Shown: positions 19,203 through 28,988, counted from the stretch's first letter. The stretch: 64,000 bases of DNA from Bacteroidota bacterium (GCA_014190575.1 BJGQ01000014.1:1303-65302); one strand, 5' to 3'. Translations and numbers: made by a program. The notes: generated by a model not told the origin, from the letters alone.

Positions 19203-20431
19203 AAAAATCCACTCAGCACTGCTCCTTCTGCGGAAGAGGCAAGGAAGAAACTTTAGTGCTCATTTCAGGTATTGATGCTTTTATATGTGACACTTGTGTT
19301 ACACAGGCGAAGCAAATTATCGAGGAAGAAAATTTTTCTAAAAAGAAAAAATTCATAACTGCTCCACCTAAATTTTCTATTCCGAAAGAAATAAAAAACT
19401 TTCTGGATGAATATGTAATTGGTCAGGACGAAGCAAAAAAGGTTTTAGCAGTAGCTGTTTACAATCACTACAAAAGATTAAATCAAACAACCAAGGATGA
19501 TGTAGAGATTGAAAAATCAAACATCATTATGGTTGGTGAAACCGGAACAGGAAAAACATTATTGGCAAAAACCATTGCCCGATTTTTAAATGTTCCATTC
19601 GCAATTGTTGATGCAACAGTATTTACCGAAGCAGGATATGTGGGCGAAGATGTGGAAAGCATTTTAACCCGATTATTACAGGCGTGTGATTATGATATTG
19701 CCGCTGCCGAAAAGGGAATTATTTACATTGATGAAATAGATAAGATAGCACGCAAGGGCGACAATCCTTCAATCACCCGTGATGTTAGTGGCGAAGGTGT
19801 GCAACAAGGATTATTAAAACTGTTAGAAGGAACAGAAGTATTGGTTCCGCCACAAGGAGGTCGCAAGCATCCCGAACAAAAGATGGTGAACATCAACACA
19901 CAAAATATTTTATTTATCTGCGGAGGTGCGTTTGAAGGATTAGACAGAGTGATTGCACGCAGAATGCAAACCCAGGTTATAGGTTTCAAAGCGCAACAAG
20001 GACAGGAAAGAGTGAACAAGGAAAACTTATTGCAATATGTAAACCCGCAAGACATTAAACATTTCGGTTTGATTCCGGAGTTGGTTGGTCGCTTGCCTAT
20101 TGTCACTTTCTTAGATTCGTTGGACCGCACTTCTTTAAAAAGAATTTTGCTCGAACCAAAAAATGCTTTGGTAAAACAATATTATCGTTTGTTTGAAATA
20201 GAAGGTGTTGATTTAACATTTGAAGATGGAGCCATTGAATACATTATTGACAAGGCAGTAGAATATAAATTAGGCGCTCGTGGTTTGCGATCAATATGCG
20301 AAGCAATCATGACGGATATTATGTTTGAAATTCCATCACAAAAAAATGTAAAGACCTTCGTGGTATCGCGCGAAATGGCTGAAGAAAAACTCAGCAAATC
20401 AAAATTCAAACATCAACTTAAAGTAGCCTGA
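19199..20431 (+). CDS. clpX: ATP-dependent Clp protease ATP-binding subunit ClpX
   Basis: N-terminal zinc finger CSFCGR...CDTC, Walker A GETGTGKT, Walker [10 protein letters not shown] and the GYVG pore loop. It overlaps the clpP stop by 4 bp. Confidence 0.95.
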   Translation: MKKSTQHCSFCGRGKEETLVLISGIDAFICDTCVTQAKQIIEEENFSKKKKFITAPPKFSIPKEIKNFLDEYVIGQDEAKKVLAVAVYNHYKRLNQTTKDDVEIEKSNIIMVGETGTGKTLLAKTIARFLNVPFAIVDATVFTEAGYVGEDVESILTRLLQACDYDIAAAEKGIIYIDEIDKIARKGDNPSITRDVSGEGVQQGLLKLLEGTEVLVPPQGGRKHPEQKMVNINTQNILFICGGAFEGLDRVIARRMQTQVIGFKAQQGQERVNKENLLQYVNPQDIKHFGLIPELVGRLPIVTFLDSLDRTSLKRILLEPKNALVKQYYRLFEIEGVDLTFEDGAIEYIIDKAVEYKLGARGLRSICEAIMTDIMFEIPSQKNVKTFVVSREMAEEKLSKSKFKHQLKVA

Positions 20432-20845
20432 TAAATTCTAAATTATTTTTCTAATTATTAATTAGGCATTTTTTTATCGTTGCAATTTTAGTGCATTAAG
20501 TCACCCTAAACTCACTTTATTGCAAATCAATTGTGTATTCGTTGAAAAAGTGATGGACAATAGAATACTGGAAATCAAGAAAGACATAAGGAAAGAGATC
20601 TTTCCTGAAGGGAAATACAGGTTTCCGATAGAAACCTTTATATGTATAAGCGGGAAAGCCCAAGAATAGTAACGGAACTTCCTGTTTCACAGCCGGAAAT
20701 TGGGCTTAGCAGGATGCACCTTTGGTTAATCATACACTTCAAACAGCTTTAGCATTCCGAACGCTATAAATGGAAGAGGGAAAGACATTGGTTTGGTTTG
20801 GAACTTTGTTTTGATTGCTCGGAAAAAGTGGTTTGCAAACAGCCA

Positions 20846-20880
20846 AAAACAAAAATCCCCCTCCGGCAAGCCGAAGGGGG
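20846..20880 (-). terminator. Rho-independent terminator of the 20908..22749 gene
   Basis: Hairpin CCCCCTCCGG-CAAG-CCGAAGGGGG at 20857-20880 (10-bp stem, one mismatch). On the minus strand it is followed by a T-run (plus-strand A-run 20846-20856), 28 nt after the stop. Confidence 0.8.
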
Positions 20881-20907
20881 ATTGATGTTAATTAATTACC
20901 GACTAAA

Positions 20908-22749
20908 CTACTTACTGATGTTTACGCGGCTGGTAAAGGTGGTTTTTTCGCCTACCAGTACTCGTACCATGTAATTTCCTGAAGTAATGCTTGTTGGCAT
21001 TCCTACATTCTCAGTTAAGTGTCCGCCACTGATTGAGGTGATTTGTGTTTGAACTATTTGTCCTAACATGTTCATCACTTCTATCCGTACATCCTGTGTG
21101 CTTACATCACCCATTTGAAGGTCAATGTTAAACTCACCGGCGTTTGGATTCGGGAACAAGCTTAATGTTCCGTTCTCGGTGGTTATTCCGGTGTTGTTCA
21201 GGCTTTCTTCTGTTTGCTGATCTTCTTCGCGGCAACCAACACTTAAGGTGGTAACAGATTGTATATCCGATGCCGGTCCGAATGACCCGTTACATGAGTT
21301 AGCTCTTACATATACCTGAATCAAGGTGCCGGTTGCGAATATGTTTGCCGATTTTACATTGGTCAAACTTGGGTATCCGCTCCATTGTGCTGCGCCTGGT
21401 TTTACGAATACTGTGTAACCCAACAAGTTCGTTGATGGTACTCCACAATCTCCTACATTCCAGGTGGCTGTTAAGCCATGACAGGTTGCGTGACTCAATA
21501 CTAAGTTCTGTATCTTGTTACAGCCGCCTTTCACTTGTACATTAACTACCTGGGTCATTATTGAATATGGAATTCCGTATGATGGTCCACAGGTCGATAC
21601 TGCATATACTTCCCATACTTGTGGTAATGGTGTATTCAATACAGTATAGTTCATTGATGTTCCGGTTACATTGTAGGTAGTTGGTGCCGATACGGTTGGC
21701 AACACTCTGCGGAAGGTTACACGGTAGGTGTTAGATGGGTTACCACCTAATGCTACTGTGATGCGGTTCGGACAGGTTGATGTTACTTCGTTCGTTGTGA
21801 ATGGTGTTGGTGTCGGACATGTGCTGGTTCCAGGTAATAAATACTGAACTACAGATGGTCCTGCTTGTCCGTATTGTCCTACTGATGGACAGTTACATGC
21901 CTGTAAGTAAACTGATATTGCTGCTCCAGGGTAAGTGTTAGATGTTATTGTATAAGCACTTCCGCCAGCCAGACAACCACTTGCTGTATACGAATTTGAA
22001 ATCTGAAGTAATTTATAATACACTGTATAAGAAGTAGCTCCTGCTGGTATGTTCACTACTGCTGATGTAGCAGTAATGGTACCAAAAGTTGGTGCTGCAG
22101 GTGCTGCACACAATGTTTTAGTGGTACCTGTTCCTGCACTTACACCTGCACATGCGGGTGGATTTGTTAATGTAACAGTAACCGACAAGTTAGTATTTGG
22201 TGTTAAACCTGTTAATACTAATGGTGGAGTTGCATTGGCTAAACTTCCGGTACCAGCTCCAGTCCAAGCGATATTATAACTACCTCCTCCTGCAGGAGAC
22301 CAATTAACAGTTGTTGCTGTTGCAGTTACATTCGTGAATGTTACAATTGGGGTAGATGCAATTTCAACTAACGCTGTATTGGATGAAATATCATAACATA
22401 TTGTTGATTTTGAAATCAATCTGTAGTAATATAACAATGCCGTTGGCGGTGTAGTGTAACTTAAACCATTTGTATTTACTCCAGGAGCAGGATTCCAGGT
22501 TACATTATCTAAAGACCATTGCCATTGATAAACACCGGCAGCTCCAGTAGCAGATAATAGCTTAGTTCCACCAGAGCAAATAATCGATCCAATTGGTGTT
22601 ACAGTTCCAGCCAATGGAGTAGTTGCAACTGGGACAATATTGTATGAGGTACAGCCATTTGCCAAAGTACCAGTTACGGTAAAGAACACATTACTTGGAC
22701 TTGTGGTAGAAACAGTAACTGTTGCTGCAACTCCTCCAACTGGATTCAT
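20908..22749 (-). CDS. T9SS-sorted cell-surface protein with FN3/Ig-like repeats; apparently 5'-truncated (no signal peptide; frame open upstream)
   Basis: Thr/Gly/Ser/Pro-rich repeats (e.g. TATTVNWSPAGGGSYNIAWTG) and a T9SS CTD (LSLFPNPNAGEFNIDLQ...GNYMVRVL). The first ATG gives MNPVGG.. without a signal peptide. A further 67 in-frame codons upstream lack any ATG/GTG/TTG. Confidence 0.65.
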   Translation of the reverse strand: MNPVGGVAATVTVSTTSPSNVFFTVTGTLANGCTSYNIVPVATTPLAGTVTPIGSIICSGGTKLLSATGAAGVYQWQWSLDNVTWNPAPGVNTNGLSYTTPPTALLYYYRLISKSTICYDISSNTALVEIASTPIVTFTNVTATATTVNWSPAGGGSYNIAWTGAGTGSLANATPPLVLTGLTPNTNLSVTVTLTNPPACAGVSAGTGTTKTLCAAPAAPTFGTITATSAVVNIPAGATSYTVYYKLLQISNSYTASGCLAGGSAYTITSNTYPGAAISVYLQACNCPSVGQYGQAGPSVVQYLLPGTSTCPTPTPFTTNEVTSTCPNRITVALGGNPSNTYRVTFRRVLPTVSAPTTYNVTGTSMNYTVLNTPLPQVWEVYAVSTCGPSYGIPYSIMTQVVNVQVKGGCNKIQNLVLSHATCHGLTATWNVGDCGVPSTNLLGYTVFVKPGAAQWSGYPSLTNVKSANIFATGTLIQVYVRANSCNGSFGPASDIQSVTTLSVGCREEDQQTEESLNNTGITTENGTLSLFPNPNAGEFNIDLQMGDVSTQDVRIEVMNMLGQIVQTQITSISGGHLTENVGMPTSITSGNYMVRVLVGEKTTFTSRVNISK

Positions 22750-22993
22750 AATAACACCATTAACACCATTAATTGGTGTCCATTTAAAATTTGTTGTACC
22801 TACTGGGCCTGTTCCGCTTAATACTGCTGTTTGAACAATGCAAACTGCTGCTTGTGGAGAAACAGTTATATCCTGAATTGGATCGAGATATAAAGTATAC
22901 TCTTCAATTTCCCCATAACCATAAGCGTTTGTAACTAAAATCTTGCTTTGTTATTTTTATCTGAAATTAAACAAGCCATTTACATTTGAGGCA

Positions 22994-23815
22994 ATGGAAT
23001 TAAAACTTCTTTCTCAATCTGTGATTAAAATATCAAAAACTGCTGGAGCATTTATCCGCCAACAATATTTTTTATTCAATGAAAAAAATGTAGAGGTAAA
23101 AAGTTTAAACAGTCTGGTTTCATTCGTTGATATTACTGCGGAGAAAATGATTGTGGAAGAATTGAAAAATATTTTTCCGGATGCAGGATTTCTCACTGAA
23201 GAAAAAACTGTTGAAGAATCAAAAGCTGAATGGCTTTGGATTATTGACCCACTAGATGGCACCACTAATTTCATTCACGGCATTCCAACTTTTGCGGTGA
23301 GCATTGGTTTAATGCACAAAGGAAAAATGAAGCTCGGAGTGGTATATGAAATTATGCGCGATGAATGCTTTTCTGCTTACAAGGGAAGTCAATCACAGTT
23401 AAACGGAAAACCAATTTATGTTTCAGAAAGAAAAACATTGGTGGATAGTTTAATTGCAACAGGTTTTCCCTATGAAAAATTTGATTTCATTCCGCCGTAT
23501 TTAAAAACACTTTCGTATCTCATGCAGCACACACGAGGCATTCGCCGCATTGGTTCCGCTGCGGTTGATTTGGCTTACACAGCTTGTGGTCGCTTCGATG
23601 GTTTCTTTGAATACAATTTAAATCCGTGGGATGTGGCGGCAGGTGCTTTCATTGTGCAGCAAGCGGGCGGACAATTATCATGTTTTTCAGGAAGCGATAA
23701 TTTTATATTCGGGCGCGAAATAATGGCAGGCAACAGATTAATCAATCGTGAACTGTTACAGGTGATTCAACAAAACAATTCAACTTCCACTAATGCAATT
23801 GGAACAAATTCATGA
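22994..23815 (+). CDS. inositol monophosphatase family protein (SuhB/CysQ-like)
   Basis: Motifs FLTEE, WIIDPLDGTTNF and a C-terminal WDVAAG. I prefer the ATG at 22994 (MELKLLSQS..); the track's longer ORF starts at a TTG at 22943. Confidence 0.85.
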   Translation: MELKLLSQSVIKISKTAGAFIRQQYFLFNEKNVEVKSLNSLVSFVDITAEKMIVEELKNIFPDAGFLTEEKTVEESKAEWLWIIDPLDGTTNFIHGIPTFAVSIGLMHKGKMKLGVVYEIMRDECFSAYKGSQSQLNGKPIYVSERKTLVDSLIATGFPYEKFDFIPPYLKTLSYLMQHTRGIRRIGSAAVDLAYTACGRFDGFFEYNLNPWDVAAGAFIVQQAGGQLSCFSGSDNFIFGREIMAGNRLINRELLQVIQQNNSTSTNAIGTNS

Positions 23816-24452
23816 AAAGTTAAAAATATATCAGCAGAAAAATTTCCGCCTGTTCACCACTTGTTCTTTTCAGTCGCACAGCCTGGTGCTGTTACACATC
23901 ATTTCTTCTTACGATAAAAACATTCCGGTTTATTTTATCAATACCGGTTTTCATTTTCCCGAAACACTTTCGTTCAGAGATACTGTTTGCAATTTGTTAG
24001 GAATAAAAGTGATGAATCTTTTTTCCCCTACTCCGAAATCAATGCAGAAAGATGCGAGTGGAAAATTGTTGTTTGCATCAGACCCCGATTACTGTTGCTA
24101 CTTAAATAAAACTTTGCCCGTTGAACCGCTGCTGAAAGAATTTGATATTTGGATAAATGGAGTTCGTGCCGACCAAAGTGCCGCACGAAAATCAATGCAG
24201 GTGGAGCAAGCCACACCATTTCGCGCGGTGCGTTTTCATCCGATGCTTGATTGGTCACCGAAAAAGATTCATGAGTATGCGAAAAAATATTTGTTGCCAC
24301 ATCATCCGCTGGAAGAGAAAGGATACTTCAGCATTGGCTGCGAACCGTGCACCACTAAAGTTGATTTGAGTGATGAAGGAAGAACAGGAAGATGGTTCGG
24401 ATTAAATAAAACTGAATGTGGATTGAATACAGACCTGGTCACAAATAAATGA
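23793..24452 (+). CDS. cysH: phosphoadenosine/adenosine phosphosulfate reductase family protein (CysH-like, Fe-S type Cys pattern)
   Basis: PAPS_reduct fold (SFQSHSLVLLHII). The Cys pair DYCCYLNK plus GCEPCT is typical of 4Fe-4S APS reductases, and the C-terminal catalytic KTECGLN is present. It overlaps the preceding gene by 23 nt. Confidence 0.75.
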   Translation: MQLEQIHEKLKIYQQKNFRLFTTCSFQSHSLVLLHIISSYDKNIPVYFINTGFHFPETLSFRDTVCNLLGIKVMNLFSPTPKSMQKDASGKLLFASDPDYCCYLNKTLPVEPLLKEFDIWINGVRADQSAARKSMQVEQATPFRAVRFHPMLDWSPKKIHEYAKKYLLPHHPLEEKGYFSIGCEPCTTKVDLSDEGRTGRWFGLNKTECGLNTDLVTNK

Positions 24453-24502
24453 TAATTGATAATGGACAATTGATAATTGTTAATTGTCCACTATCAATTA
24501 TC
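24451..24502 (+). terminator. 21-bp-stem palindrome directly after the cysH stop
   Basis: GATAATTGATAATGGACAATT (24451-24471) pairs with AATTGTCCACTATCAATTATC (24482-24502), with 1 mismatch and a 10-nt loop. There is no clear T-run, so it may be a terminator or a protein operator. Confidence 0.5.
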
Positions 24503-24527
24503 AATTACTTAACTAAATAAAATTACG

Positions 24528-25442
24528 ATGCATGTTTTAATAACGGGCGGCGCCGGATACATTGGAAGTGAATTGGTCAAAAGATTGGTGAACAATTCAT
24601 CCATTTCGCGAATCAGTATTTACGATAACCTGAGTCGCAGCAACTATAATTTATTTATCGGCGATAAAATTGGCGGAACAAAAATTCAATTCATCAACGG
24701 AGATATTTTGGACTCACGAAAACTGCGCAAGCAATTGAAAGGAGTTGATGTGGTGATTCATCTCGCTGCGAAAGTCACCACGCCCTTTGCAAATATTGAT
24801 TCACACATTTTCGAACAGGTCAATCATTGGGGAACTGCTGAGTTGGTATATGCGCTGGAAGAAAATCCGATGGCGCAATTTATTTTCATGAGCAGTGCAT
24901 CTGTTTACGGCAATACAAAAACAGAAGTAACTGAAGATTCCATTCCGACACCGAGTAGTTTTTATGGCGTGTCGAAGTGGCGAGCCGAATCGCATGTGAT
25001 GCGATTGATGGAAAAGATGAACACGATTATTCTTCGTTGCGGAAATGTGTATGGCTTCAGTCAGAGCATGCGCTTCGATGCAGTGATAAATAAATTTATG
25101 TTCGATGCGCATTTTCACAATCGGGTTTCCATTGAGGGAAATGGAAAACAACACCGCACTTTCATTCACATTGATAAAGTGACTTTTATACTCGAACAAT
25201 TGCTTCAGCATAAAATTGAATCAGGAGTTTATAATCTTTCAGATAAAAATCTTTCGGTGCTGGAGTTAATTGAAACCATGCAAACGATGTATTCCGGTTT
25301 GGAATTTATGTTCATCAATCAGCATCTGGATATGCAGGAAATGAAAGTGAATCCGCAGAGTAAATTGTATTCTTATCTTGCATTGCCACAAAGCGATTTA
25401 GCTGCTGAACTTCAGCAATTCAAATCGCGGTTTGCATTTTAG
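24528..25442 (+). CDS. NAD-dependent epimerase/dehydratase (extended SDR)
   Basis: N-terminal Rossmann motif VLITGGAGYIGS and catalytic YGVSK (Y-x3-K). The protein is 304 aa. Confidence 0.85.
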   Translation: MHVLITGGAGYIGSELVKRLVNNSSISRISIYDNLSRSNYNLFIGDKIGGTKIQFINGDILDSRKLRKQLKGVDVVIHLAAKVTTPFANIDSHIFEQVNHWGTAELVYALEENPMAQFIFMSSASVYGNTKTEVTEDSIPTPSSFYGVSKWRAESHVMRLMEKMNTIILRCGNVYGFSQSMRFDAVINKFMFDAHFHNRVSIEGNGKQHRTFIHIDKVTFILEQLLQHKIESGVYNLSDKNLSVLELIETMQTMYSGLEFMFINQHLDMQEMKVNPQSKLYSYLALPQSDLAAELQQFKSRFAF

Positions 25443-25445
25443 AAC

Positions 25446-26948
25446 ATGAAAAGATTTTTACTGCTGGTTCTTATTTTTATTATTTCTGTTGCTGTACGAA
25501 TTCCGGTCATCAACAATCATTTGTCCATGCACCACGGATGGGTAACAGCACACACACTGCTCACTTTACAAACCTGGAATGAGAGTGGGATTTTAAATTT
25601 TCATGCTGCACCTGTTTACACTCCGCAAAATGAAGGCGACAAATTTGTTCCGGCACTTGCTGGAATAACAGATGTTAAAGGTGATTCATACTATGTATCC
25701 TATCCGCCACTTGGATTTTATGCGCCATATTATTTTATGAAATTATTTTTTCTGCAACCAACAATTTTATCGCTCATCATTTTCAATCTGCTGCTTCATT
25801 TTCTTTCGGCATTTTTCATTTATAAAATTGTTAGGCAATTGTTAAATAATAATTCGTCATCTGAGTTAGCGCCAATCATTGCGTTCATCATTTATTTATT
25901 TACTCCTGCTACTTTGTGGTTTCAGAGCAATGTATATTTCGTTGATATGCTCGAACAGTTTTTATGGATTGCAACTTTTTATGTCACCTTAAAATTGATT
26001 GAAGAAGAAAACAAAAAGAATGTTTTTCTATTTTCTATTCTGTTGTTTGCTTGTTGTTTTACCGAATGGATGGGATTGTTTTATGCATTCATGGCCTTCA
26101 TTTATTTTGGAATCAATTCAATTCGCAAAAAACAAATTCCTATTGTTAGTTTGATTTGTGTGGGAGTTGTATTAATGAGTATCGGATTATTTGTGTGGCA
26201 ATATTCGCAGATTTCAGGATTTCATTCTTTGATTGAAAGTCTGACCAGCAAGTACAAAACCCGAAGTGGTTTCTATGGCGAGAACACCAGTGAATTCGGT
26301 TTAAGCATTGGCAATCCGGATTCATTCATCCGATTGTGGGAACATTATTTCACCAATTATTTCAATCTCATTTTTCTTCCTCCAATAATTATTGTTGCTT
26401 TCATTTTCATCAAAAAGAAAAAACTTTTAAGCCATAAATATTGGTTGATAGTTGTTGTGTTTTTTGTTGTTCCGGTTTTATTGCATCACATTATTTTCTT
26501 CAACTTCACTTCATTGCATGATTTTTCAGTTTTGAAATCAGCTGTTCCCTTGTCCGTGATTTCAGGATTATTGATTGCTTCATTTGAAAACAATTTCAAT
26601 AAGAAAATATTTATCCCAATTGCTTCAGTCGCATTATTGCTCTATACAATTATCGGAGTAAAAGAATTTTATTCTTTGTATCACCAATACGGCTTAACTG
26701 ATTCATGTGAGAAACTAGCAACCTGTATCATTCAAAATGTAAAATCAGATGAAGCAATATTTATTAAGGGAGATTATCCTTTGGTTTCTCCAATGACTTA
26801 TTATTATTCACATCGTTTGGTTACAAATGCAAATGATTCCATTGAAGCAAAAAAACTTTCACTTCAATATCATCACACAAAAGGAGTTTATATGGAGTGT
26901 GATGCCAATGGAAATTGTTTAAGCATTCAACATTTTACTTTACAATAA
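25446..26948 (+). CDS. polytopic membrane protein, GT-C type glycosyltransferase-like (ArnT/PMT-like)
   Basis: The protein is 500 aa with more than 10 predicted hydrophobic helices. The N-terminal loop with YVSYPPLGFY resembles ArnT/PMT-family GT-C enzymes. It is adjacent to the sugar epimerase gene. Confidence 0.5.
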   Translation: MKRFLLLVLIFIISVAVRIPVINNHLSMHHGWVTAHTLLTLQTWNESGILNFHAAPVYTPQNEGDKFVPALAGITDVKGDSYYVSYPPLGFYAPYYFMKLFFLQPTILSLIIFNLLLHFLSAFFIYKIVRQLLNNNSSSELAPIIAFIIYLFTPATLWFQSNVYFVDMLEQFLWIATFYVTLKLIEEENKKNVFLFSILLFACCFTEWMGLFYAFMAFIYFGINSIRKKQIPIVSLICVGVVLMSIGLFVWQYSQISGFHSLIESLTSKYKTRSGFYGENTSEFGLSIGNPDSFIRLWEHYFTNYFNLIFLPPIIIVAFIFIKKKKLLSHKYWLIVVVFFVVPVLLHHIIFFNFTSLHDFSVLKSAVPLSVISGLLIASFENNFNKKIFIPIASVALLLYTIIGVKEFYSLYHQYGLTDSCEKLATCIIQNVKSDEAIFIKGDYPLVSPMTYYYSHRLVTNANDSIEAKKLSLQYHHTKGVYMECDANGNCLSIQHFTLQ

Positions 26949-26969
26949 TTCATCTGCTATTTTGCAAGC

Positions 26970-27752
26970 ATGATTATCGTTGACACGCACACACATATTT
27001 ATTTAGAAGATTTCAATTCCGATATTGACGAAACAATTCAACGCGCTGAAAATATCGGAGTGAAATATTTTATGCTTCCGAATATTGACAGCGTTTCAAT
27101 TGCACAGGTAAAAACAATGCATCAAAAATTTCCTGAATCCTGTTTGCCAATGATGGGATTGCATCCTTGCTCAGTTAAAGAAATTTTTCAGTCGGAATTG
27201 AAAATCGTCGAAGAAGAATTATTTAATAATGCATCAGTAAAATATTATGGAGTTGGTGAATGTGGGTTGGATTATTACTGGGATAAAACTTTTATTCAGC
27301 AACAAAAAGAAGCGCTTCACATTCAATCGAAATGGGCGAAAGATTTGAACTTGCCAATCATTTTGCACACACGCGATTCAATGGATGATGGAATCGAATT
27401 AATCAAGGAAGAACAGAATGGAAAACTGAAAGGAATTTTTCATTGCTTCGGCGGAACGATTGAACAAGCACAACAAATAATTGATTTAGGATTTCTTTTG
27501 GGAATTGGTGGAGTGCTCACTTATAAAAAATCGGGAATGGATGTAGTGCTGAAGAATATTGACTTGAAATATTTAGTGATGGAAACGGATGCGCCCTATC
27601 TCACTCCTGTTCCATTCAGAGGAAAAAGAAATGAACCTGCGTATCTCGAATATATTTTATCAAGATTATCAGAGGTAAAAAATTGTTCGAAGGAAGAAGT
27701 GGCGAGAATCACTACTGAAAATGCGATAAATCTTTTCGGATTGAAAAATTGA
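26970..27752 (+). CDS. TatD-family metal-dependent hydrolase
   Basis: N-terminal IVDTHTHIY, then GECGLDY, HTRD, HCF and a C-terminal ETDAPYL. Confidence 0.9.
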   Translation: MIIVDTHTHIYLEDFNSDIDETIQRAENIGVKYFMLPNIDSVSIAQVKTMHQKFPESCLPMMGLHPCSVKEIFQSELKIVEEELFNNASVKYYGVGECGLDYYWDKTFIQQQKEALHIQSKWAKDLNLPIILHTRDSMDDGIELIKEEQNGKLKGIFHCFGGTIEQAQQIIDLGFLLGIGGVLTYKKSGMDVVLKNIDLKYLVMETDAPYLTPVPFRGKRNEPAYLEYILSRLSEVKNCSKEEVARITTENAINLFGLKN

Positions 27753-27770
27753 AAATATTTTACGAAAACT

Positions 27771-28808
27771 CTATTCGAAGCTTAAAGCCTTTTGTAATCC
27801 ATCACTCAACTTCGGCAATTTTCCACGCTGACTTAAGAAAGAGGTCAGGTCTGCAATTTCTTTAAACACATAATGAGTATCGGCAGCGGCTTTTAAATAT
27901 TCTGCACCGGTACTTCCACCGGTTCCTATTCTTCTTCCGATCATTCGCTGCACCATGTTCATGTGACGATAGCGCCACTGTGCAAGCAACTCATCAATAT
28001 CCAACAACGAATTCAATAACTGATATGGCTGTAACAACAAAGGATAATCGCGATACAACATGATGAACAACGCACTCCGGTTTGCCAAGGCGCTGAAATT
28101 TCTATCCGAAGGATAAGTTGCATCTTTCAAAAAAAGTTTTTCAAAATTTTCTAAGTTTTGTTTTTCTCCGGGTTGAAGTGAAGAAGAATAGGTGGCTAAA
28201 TAATTTTTCCAGAATGGATGTTCGGCATTATTGCTCAACGATTTTTCGTTCCAGTATTTTTCTCCATTGAAAAAAGGCATGCGCTCGAGCCAGCGATTAA
28301 TTAATTCCAACAATGATTTTTCATTCTCGGAATCTTTCACCTGTTTCACATCTTCAGGTTTCAACTGACTTACATAATATTCATGACCGTAACGGTTTTT
28401 AAATTTCAAACCAAGCGCAGCTTCCAGAATTTTAAACTGAATACTTTGAAAACCACTTGCTGGTCTGAGCAAATCACGGAAGTCGAGAAAGTCAAGCGGA
28501 GTCATGGTTTCCAGAATATCGAGTTGATGAATCAACACTTGCAATATGGTTCCGACTCTTTTCAGGCGATGCGCCGCCTGGTACAAATCAGGAGAACTAT
28601 CCTTTATATCTGACTGATTAAAAATTCCGCGCACCAGATTCACTTCAAACAAAATCTGCTTGAACCACAATTCATATGCCTGATGAATGACAATGAAAAG
28701 CATTTCGTCATTGGCCACCACTCCTTCTTTTTCGCTTTCGGGAAGTTGTGCGTTCAGGATTTTATCTAACTGCAAGTATTCGCCGTAGTAAACAGGTTTT
28801 CTTTCCAT
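27771..28808 (-). CDS. kynA: tryptophan 2,3-dioxygenase
   Basis: YGEYLQLDKILNAQ...NDEMLFIVIHQAYELWFKQILFE, and a C-terminal GTGGSTGAEYL. Confidence 0.85.
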   Translation of the reverse strand: MERKPVYYGEYLQLDKILNAQLPESEKEGVVANDEMLFIVIHQAYELWFKQILFEVNLVRGIFNQSDIKDSSPDLYQAAHRLKRVGTILQVLIHQLDILETMTPLDFLDFRDLLRPASGFQSIQFKILEAALGLKFKNRYGHEYYVSQLKPEDVKQVKDSENEKSLLELINRWLERMPFFNGEKYWNEKSLSNNAEHPFWKNYLATYSSSLQPGEKQNLENFEKLFLKDATYPSDRNFSALANRSALFIMLYRDYPLLLQPYQLLNSLLDIDELLAQWRYRHMNMVQRMIGRRIGTGGSTGAEYLKAAADTHYVFKEIADLTSFLSQRGKLPKLSDGLQKALSFE

Positions 28809-28900
28809 AAATATTTTTTAATGGTGTGAAAGAAAGTAAAATGAAGCAGATAAAAAATGATACAACAACAAATAACGAGTCAAGTGATAAATTCACCGTG

Positions 28901-28988
28901 CGGAGAGAAAGGGATTCGAACCCTTGATACCCTTTTGAGGTATACACACTTTCCAGGCGTGCTCCTTCGGCCACTCGGACATCTCTCC
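28901..28988 (-). tRNA. tRNA-Ser (anticodon GGA)
   Basis: The reverse complement reads GGAGAGATGTCCGAGTGGCCGAAGGAGCACGCCTGGAAAGTGTG...GGGTTCGAATCCCTTTCTCTCCG. Features: 7-bp acceptor stem, anticodon loop CTGGAAA and a long variable arm. Confidence 0.9.

Noticed and set aside
20432-20907. Identification of the structured gap as RNase P RNA, tmRNA or SRP RNA.
   Set aside because: The GGGAAAGCCC / ACAG..GGGCTTAG strings resemble P4 strands but are only ~36 nt apart, with no room for the specificity domain. There is no GGAAAGTCCGG core, no tRNA-like GGTTCGA..CCA end or tag ORF for tmRNA, and no GGAA-tetraloop/AGCA SRP domain IV motif. It is kept only as an unclassified candidate.
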